A stretch of DNA of 64,000 nucleotides, from positions 1 to 64,000 of the forward strand of contig JBHLMP010000009.1 in the NCBI GenBank assembly GCA_048938025.1, written 5' to 3'. The notes beneath the pieces are model-generated. The model saw nothing but the letters and a program-made list of their open reading frames with translations. It had not been told where the DNA came from and ran no database searches. Both the position numbers and the translations under genes were made by a program. Every line of letters starts with the position of its first letter. Positions within the stretch are counted from its first letter, which is position 1. The stretch comes from Promethearchaeota archaeon (GTDB taxonomy: Archaea; Asgardarchaeota; Lokiarchaeia; Sigyniarchaeales; SOKP01). This document shows positions 1 to 8,451 of this stretch, in pieces.

Positions 1-89
1 GAAATTATCGCTTATAATTATAACTAATGATCCTTTTTTATATAATTTAATTAAATTAACAATTATGTCCAAAAAAAGAGGAAAATGAA

Positions 90-130
90 GGAAAGGAAAA
101 TTCAGCGTCTGATTTCAATGAAAATTCCTT
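90..130 (+). repeat. Dispersed ~41-bp repeat, copy 1
   Basis: GGAAAGGAAAATTCAGCGTCTGATTTCAATGAAAATTCCTT; near-identical to the copies at 1607 and 4476. Confidence 0.9.
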
Positions 131-317
131 AGAAAAGTTATGCATTTAAATCATGATTGAACGGTCACGCAATTATTCGGATTTTCATTAACCATTGAAA
201 GAACTAATTTTTCATCAATCGGGTTAAAATCATGTTCGATAGAGTATTGTTCCGCTGATTTTATTTATCATTGCCACTTAGTGTGTTGCTTGATTACTTT
301 AAACTTCAACTATAATC

Positions 318-1484
318 CTATAAAGAAGAATATACAGCTTTGATCAACCGTTTTGCCCGGGAATCTCCAACCATTTTGTAACCTTGTTTATTCATTACAT
401 AAGCGAGGCTCATTTTTTCATCCAAATCTGCAACTATTAATGAACCTCCATATCCCCCCCAATAGAGCGTGCGCGGATTAGGACAAAATTTGTCAATTAA
501 TCCACCCTTAGAGTTGATCGCTAATCCTAACCCGAATTTAATAGGCATGTTAATAACTAGATCTTTCCCTTCAGTTCTACTCTCAAGAGTTTCTTCAATT
601 ATTTCTTGGGATAAAAAACGAACTCCATCTAATTCTCCACCGTTAGCCAATATGGTTCCAAGTTTCGCAACAGAACGGGCATTTCCATGACCATTTGCTG
701 CGGGAATTTCAGCAGATTGCCATTCTTTTGACATAACATCTTCATGCCATGTGTCGTCAACCATTGGATTTGTAAAAGCCTTTTGAAACAATGTATTACG
801 CATTATAAGACCCATCATCTTCATCATTATTTTCCCCTTAATCCCCGCTTTTGGCGGAATCAATTCTGCTACCCTCGGCCGTTCTAAATCGCTGATTCCT
901 ATATGAAAATCAATATCCTTGGGTCCTGTTATTTCTTCTTTTAAAAATTGACCGAGACTTTTCTTTGAAACTCTTTTCACAACTTCACCTAAAAGAAAAC
1001 CAAAAGTATATACATGATAACCGCTCCTTCGTCTATCATCCCACCAAGGTTTTTGACGACTAAGAGCTTCTGTAACCTTTTTCCAGTTATATAAATCTTT
1101 TAGCTCCAATGCCTCATCAAAACCAGCTAATCCTGCTGTATGAGATAATAAATGCCCAACTGTTATTTTTTCCTTTCCCGATTGCGCAAACTCAGGCCAA
1201 TAATCAGCTACAGGAGCTTCTACATCAATAATTTTTTTGTCGACGAGCATTAACACACAAATTGCAGTCGCAACTTTGGATGTTGAATACACATTTACAA
1301 TCGTATCTTTTTGCCATGCTTTCGTTTTTGCTGCATCTGCATACCCCCCCCATAAATCTATTACTGTTTTTCCTTCAATGGTTACCGAAAATGAAGCACC
1401 GCATTCCTTTCCGGAATTCAAGTTCTTCTCAAATGCTTTTTTCACTTCACCAAATTTTTCTTCACAATATCCTGAAATCTCCAT
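318..1484 (-). CDS. Serine hydrolase, beta-lactamase class C / EstB esterase family
   Basis: SxxK (STSK), LLSHTAGL, YHVYTFG and WGGYGGS motifs; 388 aa. Confidence 0.9.
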   Translation of the reverse strand: MEISGYCEEKFGEVKKAFEKNLNSGKECGASFSVTIEGKTVIDLWGGYADAAKTKAWQKDTIVNVYSTSKVATAICVLMLVDKKIIDVEAPVADYWPEFAQSGKEKITVGHLLSHTAGLAGFDEALELKDLYNWKKVTEALSRQKPWWDDRRRSGYHVYTFGFLLGEVVKRVSKKSLGQFLKEEITGPKDIDFHIGISDLERPRVAELIPPKAGIKGKIMMKMMGLIMRNTLFQKAFTNPMVDDTWHEDVMSKEWQSAEIPAANGHGNARSVAKLGTILANGGELDGVRFLSQEIIEETLESRTEGKDLVINMPIKFGLGLAINSKGGLIDKFCPNPRTLYWGGYGGSLIVADLDEKMSLAYVMNKQGYKMVGDSRAKRLIKAVYSSL

Positions 1485-1583
1485 TTGTTATCACTTCTGT
1501 TTGATCGTACAATTTTTGATATTTTTAATAGTTTCTTGTTTTTATCCCTGCAACGTGAGGTTCGAGCTTTTTTAAATTTTGTC

Positions 1584-1604
1584 CCAATTTTCTGTGAAAA
1601 TTGG
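1584..1604. repeat. Perfect 9-bp inverted repeat abutting repeat copy 2
   Basis: CCAATTTTC-TGT-GAAAATTGG. Confidence 0.6.
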
Positions 1605-1606
1605 AT

Positions 1607-1647
1607 GGAAAGGTAAATTCAGCGTCTAATTTCAATAAAAATTCCTT
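1607..1647 (+). repeat. Dispersed ~41-bp repeat, copy 2
   Basis: GGAAAGGTAAATTCAGCGTCTAATTTCAATAAAAATTCCTT. Confidence 0.9.
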
Positions 1648-1793
1648 TAAAAAAACGGAAGAAAATGTAAGGAGGTTAGGGATTCAAAAAGTAGTTAACG
1701 AAAATATAAAATTCAATTTTCCTTACTAATACTTTTGTGTAAGTAATACCAAGATATTATTGTGTAGGGGTAAAGACTAGCAAATCCGCTAAT

Positions 1794-2030
1794 TTATAAC
1801 CCCCCATCTTTGCGAGCTTTATCTGCTTCTCTTCGACCAATATGACCTTTTTCGCCATTTTGTAGCAAAATTTTTAGACCCTCCAAATATTTTATCCCAC
1901 AATCTTGATGCCAATAATAATTATAACCTTTTTGTGGGGCAAATCTAAGCCTAAGTGTGCTTTTTTTAATAAGGTCTCCACACCAATCACATTTAGTGGT
2001 GCCCGTGGGTGCTTCTTCTATTTGAAACAT
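1794..2030 (-). CDS. Stand-alone PARP-type zinc finger protein
   Basis: IEEAPTGTTKCDWC...IKKSTLRL...YWHQDC matches the zf-PARP pattern E-x-A-x-S/T-G-x-x-x-C-x2-C...I-x-K-x-x-LR...W-H-x2-C; ATG start; 78 aa. Confidence 0.75.
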   Translation of the reverse strand: MFQIEEAPTGTTKCDWCGDLIKKSTLRLRFAPQKGYNYYWHQDCGIKYLEGLKILLQNGEKGHIGRREADKARKDGGL

Positions 2031-2125
2031 CGCATAAAATTCCTCGTTCTGTCAAACAATATTTTACATTTAAATCTCATTGAATTTAAAGCTTTCTTAA
2101 AAAAACCCTCAATAAGAATTAATAT

Positions 2126-2162
2126 CTCGGAGTCTGATTTCAATAAAAATTTTATTGGAAAA
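2126..2162 (+). repeat. Dispersed repeat, copy 3 (core plus right half only)
   Basis: CTCGGAGTCTGATTTCAATAAAAATTTTATTGGAAAA; left arm replaced by unrelated sequence. Confidence 0.7.
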
Positions 2163-2279
2163 ATAAAATGAAAATAATGGAGTGCATTCTTCGAAATTTT
2201 ACTTTTTTTGATAATTCAATCATAAGAATTATGAAATTTAAGATTAAAACAATATAAATAGCTTATAAAGATAGCCTGA

Positions 2280-2657
2280 TTATTGTTTTCTCAATACCTT
2301 TTTAATATTATCTAATTCTTTTTCTAATTCCTTTTTCCTTTCTTCAAGTAGGTTCTCTCGTTGAATGAGTTCTTCCTTACTTGGTGTCGTTAAATATTCT
2401 CCTTTTTCATGAGCGGATTGCGAATTTTTTAGTTCTTCTAAAACATCACGTCTATTTACCTTTTTAAATTGTGGATCTGTTTTATTAGGATAGATTGATC
2501 GATTAATTTCAGTAATCCTTCTCCTTACTGCAGACCTAATAAATTCAGACTTAGTTTGTAGTTGTAAATGTGAATATCTGTCTATTTTTTTGTATAGCCT
2601 TTCGGAGACCATAACTTTAATAAATTTCTCTTTTTTTTCATCCTTCATTTTAAACAC
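2280..2657 (-). CDS. Ribbon-helix-helix (CopG-like) DNA-binding protein with C-terminal coiled coil
   Basis: FIKVMVSERLYKKIDRYS...TKSEFIRSAVRRRI is an RHH pattern; heptad-rich C-terminus; the true start may be ATG at 2648. Confidence 0.75.
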   Translation of the reverse strand: MFKMKDEKKEKFIKVMVSERLYKKIDRYSHLQLQTKSEFIRSAVRRRITEINRSIYPNKTDPQFKKVNRRDVLEELKNSQSAHEKGEYLTTPSKEELIQRENLLEERKKELEKELDNIKKVLRKQ

Positions 2658-2662
2658 CCATA

Positions 2663-2701
2663 GTTGATATAATTATGATCATTATGATCATTATGATCAA
2701 C
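2663..2701. promoter_or_regulatory. Putative RHH operator: 3 x 9-bp tandem repeat inside an inverted repeat
   Basis: ATTATGATC at 2672, 2681 and 2690, framed by GTTGAT/ATCAAC, immediately upstream of the RHH gene. Confidence 0.55.
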
Positions 2702-2754
2702 TTTATATTTAAATCTATTTAAACACAAAAGTAAATTTACTTTGAAAATGAGTT

Positions 2755-2800
2755 GGAAAGGTAAATTCTGAGTCTGATTTCGGAGGAATTTTGGTAGAAA
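2755..2800 (+). repeat. Dispersed repeat, copy 4 (left half plus core, diverged right half)
   Basis: GGAAAGGTAAATTCTGAGTCTGATTTCGGAGGAATTTTGGTAGAAA. Confidence 0.85.
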
Positions 2801-2894
2801 TATATTCCACGTTCAAATAAGTGTATGAAAAAAATAATTACATATTTCAAAAATTAATGAATTAGGTGTTCTACAAATGCCGATAAAAGTAATT

Positions 2895-4184
2895 TTAGGA
2901 TACTTTATTATGCTTTTTCTTAATTATTAGAGATAGAAACAAAACAATAAATATCATCAGTAAGCACACAGGATATCCTGGAATAATACCGTCTCCGTTT
3001 CCATCTTCTTGACCCCCATCTATAATAGTCCAAGAAAAGGTAGTAATGATAAATTGTCTTGCATCCGTAGCTGCGCTACTGTATTTGGAATTACCTGCAT
3101 GAAAGGTTACACCGGTTTGCAAGGGTAATTCTGACCAGCCTAATAATAAATTATCATAATTAGGCGTTGATAATGTGACATAATAGAACATTTCGCGCAT
3201 ATCTGTCACGCTTGAGACATCCCAGCTGCCAATGGGTTGGTCGAATGAAGTTGCCCCATAGAACATATGATGCATGTTCCTCACGCTCGAGACATCCCAG
3301 CTGCCGATGGGTTGGTTGAATGAAGATGCAAATTCGAACATATTCCCCATGATTATCACTCTCGAGACATTCCAGCTGCCGATGGACTGGTTGAATGAAG
3401 ATGCCCTATAGAACATGCCCCCCATTTGTGTCACACTCGAGACATCCCAGCTGCCAATGGGTTGGTTGAATGAAGACGCCCCACCGAACATATAGCTAAT
3501 GATTAACACACTCGAGACATTCCAGCTGCCGATGGGCTGGTTGAATGAAGACGCCTCCTCGAACATACTATACATGTTCGTCATGCTCGAGACGTTCCAG
3601 CCGTCCATGTTACCGTTACTACCAAGATTTTCGCAATTTCTAAAAGTATTACTTAAATTGGTCGTTCCCGTTAAATTCAAATTATCAGTAGCCGTGAGTT
3701 CTAAAGTGGAGCATCCATAAAAATAACTCCCCGAATTTCCTAATTGCAAGCAACCCCATTGTTGGATTTCAAGGATCTTTAACCGATCTCCCCCATTATC
3801 AAAACACCAACCAATAATCTTACCTGTGATATTAATAGTATACACTCCCTCGGAGGTATAGGTGTGTGTTTTCTCAAGTTGATCCCCGTCCGAGATAGTA
3901 TCATTACTCTCGTCGCCCCAATCTACAATGAAATTATAATCTCCGCCCGATTGCAATGGTAATGTCACTTGATTACTAAGACTGGAACCAGAGCTTGTCT
4001 TGGTCGTGTCCCAAACTGAAAGAAACTCGTCTGGGCTTTGTGCATTCCGTAAAGTGAATTCCACACTGGTGGTCGTTTGTTTTTGATCATGAACTTGAGG
4101 AATAAAGGTTGAAATGTTTAGTAATACCAAAGAAGACAATAGTATAAGTGTTATACTTAACTTTATTAATTTATTTTTCATCAA
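2895..4184 (-). CDS. BspA/DUF285 repeat surface protein with PKD-like domain and Loki-CTERM-type anchor
   Basis: N-terminal signal/TM segment; VDWGD...HTY...GVY (PKD-like); 25-aa repeats [20 protein letters not shown]; C-terminal IPGY-TM-KKK. Confidence 0.9.
   Translation of the reverse strand: MMKNKLIKLSITLILLSSLVLLNISTFIPQVHDQKQTTTSVEFTLRNAQSPDEFLSVWDTTKTSSGSSLSNQVTLPLQSGGDYNFIVDWGDESNDTISDGDQLEKTHTYTSEGVYTINITGKIIGWCFDNGGDRLKILEIQQWGCLQLGNSGSYFYGCSTLELTATDNLNLTGTTNLSNTFRNCENLGSNGNMDGWNVSSMTNMYSMFEEASSFNQPIGSWNVSSVLIISYMFGGASSFNQPIGSWDVSSVTQMGGMFYRASSFNQSIGSWNVSRVIIMGNMFEFASSFNQPIGSWDVSSVRNMHHMFYGATSFDQPIGSWDVSSVTDMREMFYYVTLSTPNYDNLLLGWSELPLQTGVTFHAGNSKYSSAATDARQFIITTFSWTIIDGGQEDGNGDGIIPGYPVCLLMIFIVLFLSLIIKKKHNKVS
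3200..3610. repeat. Intragenic 75-bp tandem repeats encoding the DUF285 units
   Basis: CTCGAGACATCCCAGCTGCC-like units at 3211, 3286, 3361, 3436, 3511 and 3586. Confidence 0.9.
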
Positions 4185-4331
4185 TCTAATTGCATTAACT
4201 TTTTACATTTAAGGAAATTTTATAACCAAAAATTTATTGGATTGATTAGAAATCTGATGATTAAATATTTAATATTTTTGGATGCAATAATATTTTATCC
4301 TAGAATAATCAAAATCAAAACCTCTGAAGAG

Positions 4332-4472
4332 TTATTGTATACTTAATTTTTTACTGAATTTTTCTTTCTGTTCATAATACCAATGTATATAATCATGCTG
4401 TCTCCTATCTTCTTCACTTCCATGTGAGGGATACCAAATAAGATCTTTTTCTTGACACTCAATACAATACCA
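4332..4472 (-). pseudogene. 5'-truncated gene fragment (CxxC-containing) starting at the edge of repeat copy 5
   Basis: Open frame WYCIECQEKDLIWYPSHGSEEDRRQHDYIHWYYEQKEKFSKKLSIQ*; no start codon; in-frame TGA inside the repeat. Confidence 0.5.
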
Positions 4473-4475
4473 TAT

Positions 4476-4516
4476 GGAAAGGTAAATTCAGAGTCCGATT
4501 TCAATGAAAATTCCTT
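4476..4516 (+). repeat. Dispersed ~41-bp repeat, copy 5
   Basis: GGAAAGGTAAATTCAGAGTCCGATTTCAATGAAAATTCCTT. Confidence 0.9.
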
Positions 4517-4792
4517 TGAAAATGTTAAAGATATGACAATTTATTCTAATAAGGTATAATAAAATAAAGTATCATAAAATACTGGGAAAATGATGGGAAT
4601 CGATAAAATTATTTTTTTTTATGTCGCATTTTCGACATTTTATTGAAAATTTTGTCAATTTTCGAAAATCAATAACAGTTTTAATGGTATGAAAACATTT
4701 AAATAGCTATTTATCTTTTTAAGTTAATAATTAGTTTATATAAAAATTTGTTTGAACAAAAAGTAATTTGATATTAGAGGTGAATATTAAAG

Positions 4793-5002
4793 GTGAGCAT
4801 TATTGATCCCGATTTTCTGCTTAAATTTGGAGAGATCAAATTCGCAGAAGAAAATAGCATGTGTATGAATGACTTTGAGAGTTCTTTGAAAAAACATTTT
4901 AGCGGCAAGGAGCGTCTACCACATGGTCGGTATAAATTCGGTGAAGTGGATAATTCTTCCGTGAAGGATTTTGAAAAATCATTTAAAGCATATTTTGAAT
5001 AA
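4793..5002 (+). CDS. Small hypothetical protein with an internally duplicated motif
   Basis: GAGGTGA Shine-Dalgarno before the GTG start; KFGE...NS...DFExSxKxxF occurs twice. Confidence 0.65.
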   Translation: MSIIDPDFLLKFGEIKFAEENSMCMNDFESSLKKHFSGKERLPHGRYKFGEVDNSSVKDFEKSFKAYFE

Positions 5003-5198
5003 GTTAACCAAGAAGATTTTATTATAATTATATATTTTAAAGATTTTTATTTACTTTCTTCTGATTAAAAGAGGATTAAAAAACTCAAAATCAATTTTTA
5101 AGGATCTTATTTAAAATTTAATCCCTTAATTTAAAAATTAAGTATCCTAATTAAGATATAACTTAATTTAAAAAATATAGAATCAAGAGGAACTAAAT

Positions 5199-6050
5199 AT
5201 GGACCCTTTTAAAGAAATTGAAGAAGTTTATATTGATACCAATGGAATTAAACTCCATACGATTGTTATTGGCTCTGGAGAACCGTTAATTTTACTACAT
5301 GGCTTCCCTGAATTCTGGTATTGCTGGAAAAGTGTTATTCCGGGGTTAAAAGAGAAGTTTAAATTAATAATTCCTGATATGCGGGGATATAATTTATCTG
5401 ATAAACCAAAAGATGTTCAAAAATACAAAATGGAGTATTTAATTGGAGATATAGAAGGATTAATCGAAAACCTGAAGTTAAAGCAGGTTTATCTTGCTGG
5501 TCATGATTGGGGTGGTGTTGTAGCGTGGGCATTGGCAGAAAAACATCCTGAATTGCTGAAAAAATTAATAATTTTAAATGCTCCACATCCAAAAATTTTT
5601 CAGAAAAGCCTTAGAACCGTTAAAAAGCAGCAAGAAGCTAGTTCCTATATCTTTGCATTTTTAAAACCAAATGCAGAAAAAAAACTATATGAAGATGATT
5701 ATAGAAGGTTAAAAAAAGCTGTCTTTGAGGACATGATTAACAAAACTAATTTTACCGAATTTGACAAAGAGAAATATATAGAAGCATGGTCTCAACCAGG
5801 TGCACTATTAGGAGGTGTAAATTATTATAGAGCCAACACGAGTTTTGATGAATGGACAGGAATTATAGAAGTACCAACGTTAGTAATTTGGGGTATGAAG
5901 GATGTAGCTTTATTACCACAGCAACTGGAAGGATTATCTGATTATGTTAAAAATTTAAAGATAATAAGAAGTGAGAACTCTTCACATTGGATTGCAAATG
6001 ATGACTCTGATTTAATAGTATCTAGTATTAAAGAATTTGTTTTAGATTGA
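5199..6050 (+). CDS. Alpha/beta hydrolase, epoxide hydrolase family
   Basis: HGFPE, DMRGYN, GHDWGG (Asp nucleophile), YYRAN, WGMKD and SHW motifs. Confidence 0.92.
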   Translation: MDPFKEIEEVYIDTNGIKLHTIVIGSGEPLILLHGFPEFWYCWKSVIPGLKEKFKLIIPDMRGYNLSDKPKDVQKYKMEYLIGDIEGLIENLKLKQVYLAGHDWGGVVAWALAEKHPELLKKLIILNAPHPKIFQKSLRTVKKQQEASSYIFAFLKPNAEKKLYEDDYRRLKKAVFEDMINKTNFTEFDKEKYIEAWSQPGALLGGVNYYRANTSFDEWTGIIEVPTLVIWGMKDVALLPQQLEGLSDYVKNLKIIRSENSSHWIANDDSDLIVSSIKEFVLD

Positions 6051-6266
6051 TTACCAGTTTAGAGGAAAATTTTATTATATTAATTAAAAATAGATCTTTT
6101 CCATTTTTTCATAATTTTGAAATAATAACAAGATGATTAAATTTTATAGGATAAAAGAAATAAATTTAAAAGTTGCATTTATCCATTGTAATATAATAGT
6201 CTTAAAAAAATAATATTTAATTTTTACAAAGCATTATATTAATTGTAAAAATTTCTCAAGCTAAAA

Positions 6267-6725
6267 ATGGCAGAAAACGATAACGATTTCTCATGGACAA
6301 TTAAACTAGACTGGTTAAACATTTTAAATTTGTTAAAGCTTGAAAAAATTAACCAAATTTCTGAGTTTAAAAAAGAGAGGGCAATTAAAAGGGTTACTAA
6401 GATTTATGGAACAAAAGCACTATTGGATTTTGATCCTGAGCGTTTAGATGTCCTTGTGGCAAATGACCTTAAAGAGTTAATGAAGAAAGAATTGGCACAA
6501 CGTGCTAGGGATCAAGAAAAGCTTGAGAGAGATATTCAAAGTAGAGTTATACCTTTTAAAAAAGGAGGTATAATAAGAATTGATCCGCGAGATTTAAAGG
6601 ATTTTAATGAAGATCCAGAAAAATGGTTAAAATTCCTCTACAAGAAGTTCCTCGGGGATGATGACGAAGATAAGGACGATGACAGAGATAAACATAAAGA
6701 AGATAACACAGGATATTACATTTAA
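6267..6725 (+). CDS. Hypothetical protein with acidic tail ending in GYYI
   Basis: 152-aa ORF with ATG start and typical composition; no recognised domain. Confidence 0.7.
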   Translation: MAENDNDFSWTIKLDWLNILNLLKLEKINQISEFKKERAIKRVTKIYGTKALLDFDPERLDVLVANDLKELMKKELAQRARDQEKLERDIQSRVIPFKKGGIIRIDPRDLKDFNEDPEKWLKFLYKKFLGDDDEDKDDDRDKHKEDNTGYYI

Positions 6726-6771
6726 CACTAAATTTTAAAACTATAGCCAACTCTTTTTAAAAAAAGCTTTT

Positions 6772-8376
6772 TTAAGTTATTTTATCTCTTAAACGACTCA
6801 AATTTGCCTTTTTCACTTTTCTATAACTTAAGAAAAATAATATATACACTAAACAAGACCAAATAATCCATGATAAAACTTGAATTGAATTAAGATTTAA
6901 AAGATAATTTAAATAATCTTCGAAAATTTCAAATCCAAGGTCATTGATATCATCTGGGAAATTAATTAGATTACTATGAAGTTTTATTGCAATAACTTCA
7001 TGATCATTACGCGCTAAATTTTGAAAAATGTTTGCGATCGACATATTAGTTGGATCATCTAACCTCAATTTCACTATGCAGTTTAAATCTTCGTTGGTGT
7101 GGACATCCGAACCTCCAAGACAAATCAAACTATTGTTTAAGCAAAATTCACGTATTTCTCTCTCCTGTACACTATCTTCATTGACAATTTCGAACCCATC
7201 CACACCCCAATTCATTAAATCAGTAAAATTATAAGGAACGCCTAACCCTCCATTTTTATTTGGGTTAGCATTGTAATGATTAACAATCACATATCCTCCC
7301 TTACTTTTCACATATTTAATCATCTCAGAAGCATTCATCACTTTAGTGAATGGATTATCTGACTCTAAGGGTACAATTGTTTCCTCAATCCCATAATAAT
7401 TAATGTGAATTTCAGGTTTGTGTTGGGTCCATTCTTCAGCCATAAAAACTAAAAAATCAAGACCATTCTTCTCTACGAATTTTTGAGCTACCTTCGCGCC
7501 CCGTATATTATCATGATCTGAAAAAGCGGCTCCTGATATCCCATGTTTAATGTAATACTGAACTCTTTGTTCGGGTGTTAACCAACCATCAGACATAGTT
7601 GTATGCCCATGAAAATCAAACAAAAATTCATCATCAGCTAAATTTGTCTCTATACGATGAGTTGGGAACGGAATAGAAATTAAAAGAATATTTGCAGTAA
7701 GAAATAAGTAGGCTGTTCCTAACATATAGATTAATTCCCTTTTTCCCAATCTTAAAGAATTTAAAACTTTTCCATCTTTTTTAGGTAATTTTTTCTCTTT
7801 TCTAGATTCATAATTTAATTTAAAATTAGGATGTAATAGTTTTATTATGATATAAGAAGATTTGATAAGTAAGATTATGAAAGCAATCCTAATTCCTAAT
7901 TGTACAAAAACCATAAAATATCGAGACACAAAATAAAATCCTAAAACTACATATCCTATAAAAATTATTGTACCGATTACTAATACTACTATAGAGAAGA
8001 GCTTAAAAGCAAATCTAATCCAATCATCAACAGGATACATTAGAGTTTTATATTTCTCTGATTTAATAATGCCAATTCTTTTAATACATAAATAAATAAC
8101 CCTAAAAATAAGATATAGTATGAAAAATGCTATAAGCCAAAGGAATTCCATTCCAAAAATATAAGCTAATCCCATAAATGGTTCAATAAAATATCGTTCT
8201 AATGGAAAAGAAGAAGTATAATCTGAAGATACATCAGTTTGGCTAAGTGCATCATAAAAAATTACTTCTCTTTTGTTAATTACACATAATATTATCAAAA
8301 AGATAATCCAAATTGAAAAGAATGCTGAGACAATAGAAAGCAGCTTATTCTTTTTAATTGTAGTACTTAATGACAT
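6772..8376 (-). CDS. Membrane protein with PHP-family metallohydrolase domain
   Basis: About 5 N-terminal TM segments and 1 C-terminal TM; DFHGHTTMSDG, FSDHD, VNH and GGSDVH motifs. Confidence 0.85.
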   Translation of the reverse strand: MSLSTTIKKNKLLSIVSAFFSIWIIFLIILCVINKREVIFYDALSQTDVSSDYTSSFPLERYFIEPFMGLAYIFGMEFLWLIAFFILYLIFRVIYLCIKRIGIIKSEKYKTLMYPVDDWIRFAFKLFSIVVLVIGTIIFIGYVVLGFYFVSRYFMVFVQLGIRIAFIILLIKSSYIIIKLLHPNFKLNYESRKEKKLPKKDGKVLNSLRLGKRELIYMLGTAYLFLTANILLISIPFPTHRIETNLADDEFLFDFHGHTTMSDGWLTPEQRVQYYIKHGISGAAFSDHDNIRGAKVAQKFVEKNGLDFLVFMAEEWTQHKPEIHINYYGIEETIVPLESDNPFTKVMNASEMIKYVKSKGGYVIVNHYNANPNKNGGLGVPYNFTDLMNWGVDGFEIVNEDSVQEREIREFCLNNSLICLGGSDVHTNEDLNCIVKLRLDDPTNMSIANIFQNLARNDHEVIAIKLHSNLINFPDDINDLGFEIFEDYLNYLLNLNSIQVLSWIIWSCLVYILFFLSYRKVKKANLSRLRDKIT

Positions 8377-8451
8377 AATATTAATTTGATCTAATTATTT
8401 ATTAAGATTCAACTTCCAAAATGAAAAAAAAAGAGAAATAGTTGAAATATT

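Noticed and set aside
3200-3610. Diversity-generating retroelement template/variable repeats
   Set aside because: The repeats are in-frame coding units, differences are not adenine-specific, and there is no reverse transcriptase.
90-4516. CRISPR array (the minus-strand ATTGAAATCAGAC resembles part of some archaeal CRISPR repeats)
   Set aside because: Intervals are 0.5-1.7 kb and contain whole genes, the copies are degenerate, and no cas genes are in the window.
90-4516. Canonical integron attC sites or tRNA-derived att sites
   Set aside because: No RYYYAAC/GTTRRRY ends and no T-loop or acceptor-stem structure; no integrase is visible in the window.
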